Origin: Microcoleaceae cyanobacterium
GTDB taxonomy: Bacteria; Cyanobacteriota; Cyanobacteriia; Cyanobacteriales; Microcoleaceae
NCBI GenBank assembly: GCA_051652765.1
Contig: JBOFUV010000034.1
Coordinates: forward strand, 1-64,000
Direction of reading: 5' to 3'
DNA: 64,000 bases
Part shown: positions 19,286 through 29,560 of the stretch, in pieces
Layout of the letters: each line of letters starts with the position of its first letter
How positions within the stretch are numbered: the stretch's first letter is position 1
Position numbers and translations under genes: made by a program
The notes under the pieces: generated by a model
Databases searched by the model: none
Told to the model about the DNA's origin: nothing
The model's input: the letters and a program-made list of their open reading frames with translations, nothing else

Positions 19286-20509
19286 TTAATAAAACTGAAC
19301 ACACTCTGGAGGATTTCCCCCTTGTAAAACCCAGTGATAAAACTTAGACATTTCTTCTGCAATGAATGTCCAAGAATACTTTTGCTCAACCATCATTCGT
19401 CCCCGTTCTCCCATTAATTTACGTTCAGAATCTGACAGTTTCATAGCATTCAATAGAGCCGTTTTTAACTCCTTTTGATTATTTTCAATCCACCAACCAC
19501 AATTATATTCAATCAAATTTTGCCAAGGTGCTCCCTTAGTTGTGATCACTGGAACAGCATGGGCTAGGGATTCTGCGATCGCAATCCCAAAGTTCTCTGA
19601 ATGAGTTGGTAACACAAATAAATCTGCACAGGTCAATGCTGAAGCTTTTGCAGTTCCAGACAACATTCCTGTAAAAGTTACTCGATCCTTAAGATTCAAC
19701 TGCTCTATAATTGACTCCAGCTTGCCACGATAATCAATTAAATCAGGCCCAGCTATAATTAAGTGCCAATCGGAGAAACTCTGAGAGATATTTTGCCAAA
19801 CATACAGTAAATTATCAATTCCTTTTTTAGGATGAATTCTAGATAAGAACAGCAGCCATTTTTTATGACCTAATTCAGGAAAAGCTTGAACTAAAACCTC
19901 TCGTCCGGGCTGTTCAAGGAATTCAGGAACTGCAATGCCATTTGGGATTAAAGCAATAGGTTGTTGATATCCTAATCTTCGAATAGACTGTACCTCTTCA
20001 TCAGAAGTTGCATGAAAAGCAGTTGCACTATTTAAGTTTTTTTGCTCATATAAGATCCATGCCAACCGTTTTTTATACCAACTATTTTTCAGAGACCAAG
20101 ACTCTAGCATTCCTCGAGGAGAAATAATGAGGGGAATGTGATTACACAGAGCAGCTTGACGGGCATAAATATTTGGAAACATCCAAAGACCATGATTATG
20201 AATTAGATCAAGCCGAGTTGATGCTAATTGACAAAGCTTATGACTTGCACTCGGTTGAAATCCTCTAAAATACTTTGCTAAAAACGTTGCTGTGTAACTA
20301 TGAAGTTCAACATCTGAGGTTAGAATTTGTTCCCCAACTTGTTGATAGTTGAGAGTAAATAAATGAGGATGAACTTGTTGTTCAGAGAGAGCTTGAGCTA
20401 AACTAGTAACAGAGTATGCAGGCCCTCCAACTGCTTCATTAATGCTAGCAATAACATGACAAATATGAGGATAATGATTTTGAGGCTGAGTAACTAATAC
20501 TTCAAACAT
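19286..20509 (-). CDS. Glycosyltransferase family 4
   Basis: FLSRIHPKKG, ENFGIAIAESL. Confidence 0.92.
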   Translation of the reverse strand: MFEVLVTQPQNHYPHICHVIASINEAVGGPAYSVTSLAQALSEQQVHPHLFTLNYQQVGEQILTSDVELHSYTATFLAKYFRGFQPSASHKLCQLASTRLDLIHNHGLWMFPNIYARQAALCNHIPLIISPRGMLESWSLKNSWYKKRLAWILYEQKNLNSATAFHATSDEEVQSIRRLGYQQPIALIPNGIAVPEFLEQPGREVLVQAFPELGHKKWLLFLSRIHPKKGIDNLLYVWQNISQSFSDWHLIIAGPDLIDYRGKLESIIEQLNLKDRVTFTGMLSGTAKASALTCADLFVLPTHSENFGIAIAESLAHAVPVITTKGAPWQNLIEYNCGWWIENNQKELKTALLNAMKLSDSERKLMGERGRMMVEQKYSWTFIAEEMSKFYHWVLQGGNPPECVQFY

Positions 20510-21693
20510 TAGCTGATATCCTGTGTATGAGGTAGATTGGGGTAGAACTTTTTAACTAAATAACCAAGTTGGTTGTTAAAACTTTCTAGACCATAAATTT
20601 CATTGACTTTATTTCGTAAGGATTCCGGATGATAAATTAAGGCATTTGAATACTGGTGTTTTAGAATTTGAATTAGCGTTTTAGCAATGTCTTCTACATC
20701 TTCTGGATTAATTAATGCCCCTAACTCTCCCTCACACAAAGCATCTACTGCTCCATCTTGATTGCCGCCTAACACTGGCTTACCACAGGCCAATGCTTCT
20801 AAATAGACAATGCCAAATCCCTCTAATTTGCTGGGCATTGCGAAGACATCGCAGAGGTTGTAATGATCAGAAAGCTCTAAATCAGGAATAAATCCAGTTA
20901 GAGTTACATGGTCTTGAAGATGACGCTCTGCAATAAATTGTTCCAGGCGAGGTCGGTCGTCTCCTTTACCTACAATAATGTAATGAATATTAGGAATAAC
21001 TTGCCGGATTAGCGGTAAAGCTTCTAAAATTTTGTCATAGCCGCGATAGGATTCACCACTGACAAGACGATTGACCGTTAGGATAATAGGCTGATCAGAT
21101 TTCAGATGATATCGGGTTAAAAGATAGTCGGGTTTATTGCTGATTTGAAATCGACTTGAATCAAAAGTACAGGGAAGAATTGACAGCTTCTTCTCATCAA
21201 GATTTTGCTCTTTAATCAACCGACTTCGAGTGTAGTTACCAATACAAATAATTTGATCGGCGTGATGTAAAGCTGTGCGAAGACTCGATTGCTGAATATC
21301 CCAAGCTTCCATACCATAGGCGATTGCCCAGTAGGGAATTCCCGTAAAGCATTTCAACCAATAGGCAGCAACTAGGAAATTGAGATGAGCACTAATAATT
21401 AGATTAGGTTGCTCTAGAAGTACACTACTGATTAATTGAACTGCAAACGCAGGAGTTCGTAGCTTTAGAGGCCAACTGCCACACAAAGAGAACTGAGTGC
21501 TAGATGAATAGGAAATATTTTCAGGGATGTGGATGTCATGTTTGAGAAACACATGATAATCAAAGTCTGGATAAAGCTGTTGAAAAGCATCTAGAAATCG
21601 TCCTGAATAGACTTGGATTCCGCCCTTAAACTCAAATATATTTGGAATCCAAAGATGCATTAGTTGAGAAAATTTAGCGGCTTTTGTTGTCAT
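20509..21693 (-). CDS. Glycosyltransferase family 4
   Basis: GGIQVY, EGFGIVYLEAL; stop overlaps the next start by 1 bp. Confidence 0.92.
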   Translation of the reverse strand: MTTKAAKFSQLMHLWIPNIFEFKGGIQVYSGRFLDAFQQLYPDFDYHVFLKHDIHIPENISYSSSTQFSLCGSWPLKLRTPAFAVQLISSVLLEQPNLIISAHLNFLVAAYWLKCFTGIPYWAIAYGMEAWDIQQSSLRTALHHADQIICIGNYTRSRLIKEQNLDEKKLSILPCTFDSSRFQISNKPDYLLTRYHLKSDQPIILTVNRLVSGESYRGYDKILEALPLIRQVIPNIHYIIVGKGDDRPRLEQFIAERHLQDHVTLTGFIPDLELSDHYNLCDVFAMPSKLEGFGIVYLEALACGKPVLGGNQDGAVDALCEGELGALINPEDVEDIAKTLIQILKHQYSNALIYHPESLRNKVNEIYGLESFNNQLGYLVKKFYPNLPHTQDIS

Positions 21694-21746
21694 AGTTAAA
21701 AATTAAGATGGGCTTGGAGTAAGTTAAATTTTCAAGTCTTTAAAAT

Positions 21747-22991
21747 TCACAAATAGACGCAATCTGGACGGTCAGAATCACTCAAAATCCATCGATAGAC
21801 ATTTAACATTTCTCTTCCAACTAAATCCAGAGAATATTTGCTGATTACCAGCTCTCTACCTCTAACTCCCATTAATCTTCGGTCTTGATGAGACATTTTC
21901 ATAGCTTCAGTTAGAGCAATAGATAACTCCTGCTGAGTATTCTTAATCCACCAACCACATTCATAGGTTAATAACTCTTGCCAAGGAGCTCCTTGAGTTG
22001 TGATTACAGGCACTTTATAAGCTAAGGCTTCTGCAATTGCCACCCCAAAGTTCTCGGAATAAGTTGGTAGTACAAACAAATCTGCATTGGCTAGGGCGGC
22101 TTGTTTTAATTGACCTGTTAACATCCCTGTAAACGTTACTTGTTGTTCAATCTCGAATTCTACTGTTAATTTTTTAAGTTTTTCAAGGTAATCTACTGCA
22201 CTAGGCCCTGCAATAACTAAGTGCCAGTCTTTAAATAAAGGGCCGACTAACTTCCATACAGCCAGAAGATTTTCCAGTCCTTTTTTAGGATGAACTCTAG
22301 ATAAAAACAAGAGCCATTTTTTGTTTTTTAGCTTAGGAAATGTCTGCGTTAATATACTCCTTTCCAAGATTAAACTATGATCGTAGACGCAAACTCCATT
22401 AGGAATTACTGCAATGGGCTGACTAAAACCTAATTGACGAATTGCTAGTAATTCTTCAAAGGAAGTCGCATGAAACAAGACGGCGTTGGATAGATTATTA
22501 TATTCATAAAAAAGCCAAGCAACCCGCTTTTTTAAATGTCTAAATCGGAGAGACCAGGAATTAAGCATTCCATGAGTTGAAATCACTAATGGCAAGTTGT
22601 GCTTTAGTGCTGATTGACGAGCATAAAAATTAGGAAACATCCACAATCCATGATTATGAATTAAATCTAGACCTGTTGAGGCTAAAGCATCAAGGGTATA
22701 GTGAGCATCAATATGAAATCCCCGGATTGATCGCGTTAATTGATTAGCTTGAAAGCTATGTAAATGAACATTAGAGGCAATAACTTGCTGTCCATATTGA
22801 GGGTAGTCTAATGTTAATAAATGTGATTCTACTCCATTCTTTGCTAAAGTTTCAGCCAAGCTTGTTACAGTAAGGGCAGGGCCTCCAGTATATTCATTAA
22901 TACTAGCAACAACCTGACAAATTCTAGGTGAGTTCAAGTTGTTCTGACTTTGGTATTTAGACAAAGGTAAAATATTCCAGGAGAGGGTCAT
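21747..22991 (-). CDS. Glycosyltransferase family 4 (paralogue of 19286-20509)
   Basis: FLSRVHPKKG, ENFGVAIAEAL. Start uncertain (22991 or 23030). Confidence 0.9.
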   Translation of the reverse strand: MTLSWNILPLSKYQSQNNLNSPRICQVVASINEYTGGPALTVTSLAETLAKNGVESHLLTLDYPQYGQQVIASNVHLHSFQANQLTRSIRGFHIDAHYTLDALASTGLDLIHNHGLWMFPNFYARQSALKHNLPLVISTHGMLNSWSLRFRHLKKRVAWLFYEYNNLSNAVLFHATSFEELLAIRQLGFSQPIAVIPNGVCVYDHSLILERSILTQTFPKLKNKKWLLFLSRVHPKKGLENLLAVWKLVGPLFKDWHLVIAGPSAVDYLEKLKKLTVEFEIEQQVTFTGMLTGQLKQAALANADLFVLPTYSENFGVAIAEALAYKVPVITTQGAPWQELLTYECGWWIKNTQQELSIALTEAMKMSHQDRRLMGVRGRELVISKYSLDLVGREMLNVYRWILSDSDRPDCVYL

Positions 22992-23107
22992 AGAAACTTT
23001 AGAAAGAGTATAGTAACTATACACAACCACCTATTTTATACAGTACTGATTTGGCGTATCCGGAAACACAATAATAATTGTTTTGAGTTTTGCTTTAAGC
23101 ATGGGTC

Positions 23108-24238
23108 TTAAGCAGATTTCATATTACGGCTAACACGTTGATAAAGGTCAATATAAGCCAGGATCATTTTCCGAGTTGTAAATCTTTCAAGGTTAGTAAA
23201 TCCTTTTACGATTAATTCTTGCCTTTGAGCGGAATAATAGATTATCTTTTCGGCAGCTTCTTGATGATTTTCTGGATCAAAATAAACTGCACCTTGCCCA
23301 GCCACTTCAGTCATAGGCGGTCGATCTGAAGTAAAAATAGGACAGCAGCAGGCTTGGGCTTCAATGATTGGCCAACCAAATCCTTCTTGTAATGAAGGAA
23401 AGATCAAGCCAACTGCAGAGGAATAAAGGGCCTGTAAATCTTCATTCTTGACATTAATTAACTCAATTATTCTTTCACTTAAGTTATACTGCTTAATCTT
23501 CTGCTGCATTTCAATCGTAAAAGGTTTTCCCACCATTATTAAATAAAGATTCTGTTCCTTTGATTGAAGTGTTAGATGATGAAAAATTGATATCATCCCT
23601 AGTCGATTTTTATACCAATGATTAGCACCTACGTGAAGAAAAAACTGAAAATCTGGAGTAATTCCTAAGCTTGACAAGCATTTTTCTGATTCAGTTTTCT
23701 CCAGGAAAGTGTAAGGATAATTTAACCCCATATAAATCCGTGAAGTAACATCAGCTCTAACTGAACATAAACGTAACACATCTTTCTTAGTATGCTCTGA
23801 AACACAAGCGATATGTTGAGCTTGACTAAGTCCTTTAAGAATCATTTTCTGCAGCTTTTTACCTGTCCATCCAGTTTGATATTCGGAGAATTCACCTAGT
23901 CCTGATCGAATTGCCAATAAATCATGGCAAGTTACGATATGAGGGGCATTATTTAAGTATCTTATATAAATTGCATTTCCGTGGTCACAAATGTGAACAA
24001 CATCAGCCCATAATATGGCTTTCTTCAATTGAAATGGAAAAAAGATCAGTTTATCAATATATCCAAACCATTTTTCTAAACGTTTCAGTTTGAATGATAA
24101 CTTCCCTAGAATTAATGCAGGTCGAATTAGATAAACTTGATAACCCAGTTGTAATAGTTCGGCTCTTAATAAACTAGCGAACCTTTCCATACTTTCAATT
24201 GCATCAAGTCGATAGTTCCCGACGAGCAGAATTTTCAT
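23108..24238 (-). CDS. Glycosyltransferase family 4
   Basis: TCHDL, KNR, EGFGWPIIEAQ. Confidence 0.9.
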   Translation of the reverse strand: MKILLVGNYRLDAIESMERFASLLRAELLQLGYQVYLIRPALILGKLSFKLKRLEKWFGYIDKLIFFPFQLKKAILWADVVHICDHGNAIYIRYLNNAPHIVTCHDLLAIRSGLGEFSEYQTGWTGKKLQKMILKGLSQAQHIACVSEHTKKDVLRLCSVRADVTSRIYMGLNYPYTFLEKTESEKCLSSLGITPDFQFFLHVGANHWYKNRLGMISIFHHLTLQSKEQNLYLIMVGKPFTIEMQQKIKQYNLSERIIELINVKNEDLQALYSSAVGLIFPSLQEGFGWPIIEAQACCCPIFTSDRPPMTEVAGQGAVYFDPENHQEAAEKIIYYSAQRQELIVKGFTNLERFTTRKMILAYIDLYQRVSRNMKSA

Positions 24239-24257
24239 GTTAAGTAGTTTAATAAAC

Positions 24258-25241
24258 TTATAATTTGCGCTCTGTTTGAGTTGACTTTTGAGTTGATTTC
24301 AACTGCCATTGTATCCGTTTGAGTGTAATAATGACTGAACCTGGAAGTAGAGTTAACATCAAGTTTTTGGAGATTGCTTGTAACATTAAAGGGAATAACT
24401 GTCGCTGTAATCTTAAGATATCTAAAACCGACATAGTTGCGGCTGAAGTATTTGGAAATGCAGGATATTGAGTTCGATAACCAAAGCCTAAGTAACGTAG
24501 AACTTCAGGAGTTGGATGATCAAGATATCCCGTATCAATTAAGTGTTTTTCGCCATGTCCTAGGTTATCAGAACCCACTTGATCTACTTGAAAGAGAAGA
24601 GTACTTCTTGAATAATTTTTATCCTGAAAAGGTTCAGCTCGATGAACACAGTGAATATTGCAGATCATCAAGCTGCCTTTTTTCATTTGAAAGGTCAGAA
24701 CCTCTGATTGATAGTTGTCTTCAATAAATTGGTCACTTAAGTAGATTTCGTGGCTATACTTCTGAGACCAAAGATGAGAGTTTTTAATACATTGAAAAGG
24801 ATTTTTTGTAACATCAGATAGGTACAATAAGAACAGTAAGCCAGGTAAGTTATGTTTACTATCAAGCTGACGACCTACCTGCCGATTATTATCTGTATGC
24901 CAGGGCATGTGAGATGCTTTATGGGTTTGATAAATCCGATGATTGATTAGTTGATATCGGTCTTCAAAGTAGTGATTGCAAATGTCCAAAACCCGATCAG
25001 AGGTAATCAGGTCAAACGCTTTTTTGGATTGACCCAAGCAATGAGTTAAAAACTTTTGGTTAGGAGTTAAAACAACACCAACATCATTTGTATTCAGCAA
25101 AATACTATCAAAATCTACTTCTTGAAACATCTCCTGAATATACTGATCCGTAATTGCTCCCTCAAATACGAAGTATCCCTGTTGTTTAACTGAGTCAACA
25201 ATTTGAGCTGTATTAATGGTCTGGAAAGCTTCTGTATACAT
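24258..25241 (-). CDS. Phytanoyl-CoA dioxygenase-like 2OG-Fe(II) oxygenase
   Basis: WHTD (HxD), LLYLSDV, KGSLMI...HRA distal His, downstream Arg. Confidence 0.8.
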   Translation of the reverse strand: MYTEAFQTINTAQIVDSVKQQGYFVFEGAITDQYIQEMFQEVDFDSILLNTNDVGVVLTPNQKFLTHCLGQSKKAFDLITSDRVLDICNHYFEDRYQLINHRIYQTHKASHMPWHTDNNRQVGRQLDSKHNLPGLLFLLYLSDVTKNPFQCIKNSHLWSQKYSHEIYLSDQFIEDNYQSEVLTFQMKKGSLMICNIHCVHRAEPFQDKNYSRSTLLFQVDQVGSDNLGHGEKHLIDTGYLDHPTPEVLRYLGFGYRTQYPAFPNTSAATMSVLDILRLQRQLFPLMLQAISKNLMLTLLPGSVIITLKRIQWQLKSTQKSTQTERKL

Positions 25242-25252
25242 AGTTTTTTGGA

Positions 25253-26437
25253 TTAATTTGACGCTAAGAATTTTAAGGATGCTAGGGCTTCCTGTAGACC
25301 GTGAGTAGCTTGTTCATAAGTGTAATGACTAATGATTTTTTGACTTTCATTGCCCCATTGATTTAACCTATTAACATTAGAGAAAGACTCTTGCAAACAG
25401 ATTGATAACTGAGCAACATCACCTGCTGGAAAAACCAGCCCATTACGATAGGGATGTACTAGATCTTTGGCACAACCAACATGATCGCTAACAATGACGG
25501 GGCAAGCACTACACATAGCTTCATTAATTGCCAGTCCCCAAGTTTCCCAGCCGCCCCAGCTAGGCAACACAAATACATCCGCAATGGCATAAGTACGGGG
25601 CATTTGACTTTGGTTTTGGAAAGGAGCAAAATAAACGTTGGAGTGGGCAGCAGCTTGTGATTTTAATTCATTTTCTAGGGTTCCAGATCCTACAAATAGC
25701 AGTGCAACTTGAGCAAGATTGGCCTTTAGAAAAGCTTGAAGTAAATCTAGGGGACGTTTTTTTGACTCAAACTTTCCGGCAAAGAGAATGATTTGATGAT
25801 TTTCAGGAATTCCTAGTTGTTGCTTCCAGATTTTTGCCTGTTTAATAGCCTCTTCTCTTCGCACAATAAAGCGCTGATTGTCTACAGTATGAGGAGAAAA
25901 AAATAAGTTCTGAGGAGCAACATTATGATAGAGATAGTAATCATAATTTGCTCTGCCAACGTATAAATAAGCCGAGAACCTTTGATAAATCCAGGAAATT
26001 AATTGCCGACGTACCCACTCTTTAGCTCCTTTTCTAGGTAAGAGTCGATGGGAATCTCCTCGAAAAATTAAAGGGGATTTTTGACTCTTCCAGCTCCAGA
26101 TAAAGTGATAAAGGCTAGCATAGTTGTAGCACATTAATAGAACCGCATCTGGTTTATAGTCTTTAACTTTTGATAGTAGAGTGGGATTCTGAAATCCCCA
26201 GAAATGATGAGTTCCTGGATCAGAGCTAACATTAGGAATAAACTCATGGGAGTATCCTTCTAACAAAGGAATATCCCACTGAATTGATTGTTGAAATCCC
26301 TGATCAGTTTGTTGAGTTACTCCAAAATCCCAAAGATAAAATACTTTTATATCCAGGTCAGTTTCTTGAGTTAAGTACCGAAACCAAGGAGCATAGTATT
26401 GGATAGGATGAGAGGTAATAATTGCAATTTTATTCAT
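25253..26437 (-). CDS. Glycosyltransferase family 4
   Basis: SHPIQYYAP, GKFESKKRP, ETWGLAINEAM. Confidence 0.9.
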   Translation of the reverse strand: MNKIAIITSHPIQYYAPWFRYLTQETDLDIKVFYLWDFGVTQQTDQGFQQSIQWDIPLLEGYSHEFIPNVSSDPGTHHFWGFQNPTLLSKVKDYKPDAVLLMCYNYASLYHFIWSWKSQKSPLIFRGDSHRLLPRKGAKEWVRRQLISWIYQRFSAYLYVGRANYDYYLYHNVAPQNLFFSPHTVDNQRFIVRREEAIKQAKIWKQQLGIPENHQIILFAGKFESKKRPLDLLQAFLKANLAQVALLFVGSGTLENELKSQAAAHSNVYFAPFQNQSQMPRTYAIADVFVLPSWGGWETWGLAINEAMCSACPVIVSDHVGCAKDLVHPYRNGLVFPAGDVAQLSICLQESFSNVNRLNQWGNESQKIISHYTYEQATHGLQEALASLKFLASN

Positions 26438-27944
26438 GGCTCTCACCTAAGTAAAAACTATTTTGAATCGATTCAATCTCTTCAGCAGTAAAACTTTGAT
26501 GAACTTTCATCAGGGTAAATGTCATTCCCATGAGAACCATACTGGATTGAAATAATGAAGCAACATAAACACTGGCTGTCCATTCACTTTGAGCAGCAAA
26601 ACTAATCAACAAAATCAAAAAAAGTGAGCGGGAAGATAGAATTGAAGTGTTCAGGCTCCATCGTGTTGCCTTACCATAAAAAATTCCCCAAAAAGCTCCT
26701 AATCCCCAGCAGCCTACCAAACCAAAGTTGGCATAGGATTCAGCAACTAATCCCCAGGCAATGGTTGTTCTTATCGTATCTTCCTCAGATTGAAGTCCAT
26801 AATAAATACTGAGTAGATAAGTTCCTTCATGGCTGCGAGGTTTATTGGGATTTAAAAACCTTGGAACAATCATTTGGGGTAAAATTAAATAGCTTTTACC
26901 TTGTAAATATGGCAATTCTTCCGGAGTCTTTTTCTGGGCTAGAAGTAACATTTGAATAATGCTAGATCGCTCCTGAGGCGAACTCTCAGATTCTGTTTCT
27001 TCCTCGCTGTGACCCAGGGATTCTAAGGAGTAGCCAACCCATTCACTATACCAGGCTGGATATTCCCAGGGTTGTAACTGGAGTTGTGTTTCTGCTTGGA
27101 ACCAATATTTTCCACGCATTTCTCCTTTGCCATAATGAAGCAGAGTCAGAAGTGATAATAAAACCGCCATTGTAATAATAGGAATACGACGACTTCCCAA
27201 AATATAAGCAATAAAAGCAACCGATAACACCCCAACACTATCTCTTAAAATTAGCCCTGCGGCACTGCTAATTAAGTAGGCAGCCATGAGTAAAATAAAG
27301 AAGCTTGACCTGAACTTATTAAGAGTTTTTTCGCCGAGTCGATAACAAAGCACAAATATAGCCAAAATAGAAAGCCCTAAAATTCCACCTCGAACTAATG
27401 CCAGTATTCCTCCACTAATACTAAACCATTTCCCCAAACTGTACATGTTAAAAAAAACAGCGCAGGTAATCATCAACAAGAATAGATTTTCTCCTTTTTC
27501 ATCCATTAAGACTCGATGGGTTGTAGGAAAAATTTCACTCGATTTAATTTGACTTAACCAAAAGAATGTGCCGACTACTAAATAGCTTGCAACAGTAAAA
27601 CCTGCAAATAAATGATTCTCTGGTGAGTATTCGACAATAGCAGGATGGTTACTGATTAAAGGTAGGGCATGTGTCCATAAATGCATTAATGTAAAGAAGG
27701 GAAATACAGGCATTCCTAGGGCTTTTCCCGAACACCAAAGATAACTGGGATATAAAGCAGTAATTGCGATCAAAAGGGTAGCTAGGGCTGTTAATGGATC
27801 AACGGATTGTAAAGCACTAATATTCTGAGCAACTAAATAAGCTACCCCAATCCAAAATGCCTGGAGAAGTCGCCGTCTTTCCCAGCGAATAATCTGGGGA
27901 CTAGCTTTGTAGTAGTAATCAATAAACTGGTCATAAGGGTTCAC
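26430..27944 (-). CDS. Multi-TM protein, probable Wzy-type polysaccharide polymerase
   Basis: About 11 hydrophobic segments, large loop with VPRFLNPNKP and AESYANFG motifs; cluster context. Confidence 0.6.
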   Translation of the reverse strand: MNPYDQFIDYYYKASPQIIRWERRRLLQAFWIGVAYLVAQNISALQSVDPLTALATLLIAITALYPSYLWCSGKALGMPVFPFFTLMHLWTHALPLISNHPAIVEYSPENHLFAGFTVASYLVVGTFFWLSQIKSSEIFPTTHRVLMDEKGENLFLLMITCAVFFNMYSLGKWFSISGGILALVRGGILGLSILAIFVLCYRLGEKTLNKFRSSFFILLMAAYLISSAAGLILRDSVGVLSVAFIAYILGSRRIPIITMAVLLSLLTLLHYGKGEMRGKYWFQAETQLQLQPWEYPAWYSEWVGYSLESLGHSEEETESESSPQERSSIIQMLLLAQKKTPEELPYLQGKSYLILPQMIVPRFLNPNKPRSHEGTYLLSIYYGLQSEEDTIRTTIAWGLVAESYANFGLVGCWGLGAFWGIFYGKATRWSLNTSILSSRSLFLILLISFAAQSEWTASVYVASLFQSSMVLMGMTFTLMKVHQSFTAEEIESIQNSFYLGESHE

Positions 27945-29281
27945 GAGACTGATTCCTCCACAGATACCTTTTGGTCATAGGTAAGGGCTTGATCAAAAGC
28001 TCCACATTGATATCGAGTCATTTCTCGTGCTGTATAGGGTTGAAATGCTGCCCAATTCGTTTTGGGTTCATATCCTTTTGGTAGAGTGCTGAACCATTGA
28101 AGTTGGGTTGTTAATTGAGGGAGTAAATCTGTGGATTGATTCTCAGAATTGAAGGAAATTACTTCACCTACCTGACAATCTTTTAAAATATTAACCACTG
28201 AACTTTGCTGATGAAACAGGGCTAAAACGGGTTTTTGTGCCAGAATACAGGGGTAAATTTTAGAGGCCGTGTAGCCTGGATCGTTTGAACCAATTAACAG
28301 AATACCATCACTATCAGTTAAGAGTTTTAATGCTTCAAAGTAAGGAACTCGATCTGTTTTTTCTTCTACTAATTCTCCGATGCCAATTTCCTGAGCGATG
28401 GGTTCTATCGTTTTAATTCCCCGACCCTCTGGCGCATAGCTAGTTCCAATAAAGTGAAGCTTGATACTTTCCCAAACGTGCGGATTGCGATCGCGGTGTA
28501 ATTTTATTCCTAGAAATAAAGCTCTCAAGGCAAGAGCCATATCTGTCCCGCCTCGACCCACATAAACCCAATGACGTTTGCCATCCTGAGGGTCAAAAAT
28601 AGTTTGTTGAACGTTGAGGTTAGGTAATAGTTTAAAGTCTTTTTCTGGTGCACCAAACGGCAAAACTGTAAATTGATGTTCTACTAGCCAGGGGTATCGG
28701 TGCATCAGGGTTTTGGGATAGGCTGGAGAGACGCTAATCACATGACTGACCTGTCGTAATGCCAGCGGTTCACAAACCTGAGCGAGTTTTTGAGCAAACC
28801 CATACTTAAATTTGCCGCCAGGGGGTTGTGTGTAGCCCCCCTGTTCTCCGTAGTCACTGAGCCAGGGATCTTGAAAATCGAGAATGTAGGGCACTTGAAA
28901 ACGACGCTGCCACCACGGGGCAATGATCATAGTTAAAAATAGGGTGGTGGAAAAATAAACCAGGTCAAATTTTTGCTGGGAGAGCAATTTTCCACCTTGA
29001 TTCAATAAGTAAGGTAGGCAGCGCCAAGCCAGATTACTTAATCCAATTCGACGGGTTTGAACAACGGAAAGGGCATGAATTTGTTGGATTTGAATGGTAG
29101 AGGGAACAGTTTGGGCCAACAGCGGATCAAAGGTTCCTTCAACGCAATCAGGATCTACTGTGAGGACAGTCGGTTCCCAGCCAAATTCTTCAAAGTAGGG
29201 TAAGCTCATCCGAATTCGTTGATGATCGGGAGCATTGATGGGAGGAAAATGAGGGCTGATGATCAGAACTTTTCGATTCAA
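27941..29281 (-). CDS. Glycosyltransferase (GT-B fold)
   Basis: ISPHFPP, DFQDPW, SKIYP; TTG start. Confidence 0.8.
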   Translation of the reverse strand: MNRKVLIISPHFPPINAPDHQRIRMSLPYFEEFGWEPTVLTVDPDCVEGTFDPLLAQTVPSTIQIQQIHALSVVQTRRIGLSNLAWRCLPYLLNQGGKLLSQQKFDLVYFSTTLFLTMIIAPWWQRRFQVPYILDFQDPWLSDYGEQGGYTQPPGGKFKYGFAQKLAQVCEPLALRQVSHVISVSPAYPKTLMHRYPWLVEHQFTVLPFGAPEKDFKLLPNLNVQQTIFDPQDGKRHWVYVGRGGTDMALALRALFLGIKLHRDRNPHVWESIKLHFIGTSYAPEGRGIKTIEPIAQEIGIGELVEEKTDRVPYFEALKLLTDSDGILLIGSNDPGYTASKIYPCILAQKPVLALFHQQSSVVNILKDCQVGEVISFNSENQSTDLLPQLTTQLQWFSTLPKGYEPKTNWAAFQPYTAREMTRYQCGAFDQALTYDQKVSVEESVS

Positions 29282-29560
29282 GGCTTTATCTTAAACTCCA
29301 AAGTTTTGTGCTGTTGCCATTGATATCACTTTGAACATGGGTTTAAACCCTCACCCAAAACAGCTTCAACCAGGAATCCAGGCTTGAGAGGATGTTTAAA
29401 AAGTATCAAATGTTTTGCACTTGCCCCCAATAGACCGAAGGGCTTCTCAAGGATTAATTCCCCAATTCTGGAGGATGTTGAGCTAGATCTCCCCCAAGTA
29501 CTCTGGCGAGAATGCTGATGCAGATGGGGGCTAGTTCAGGTCAGGTATTATTTCATCCTC

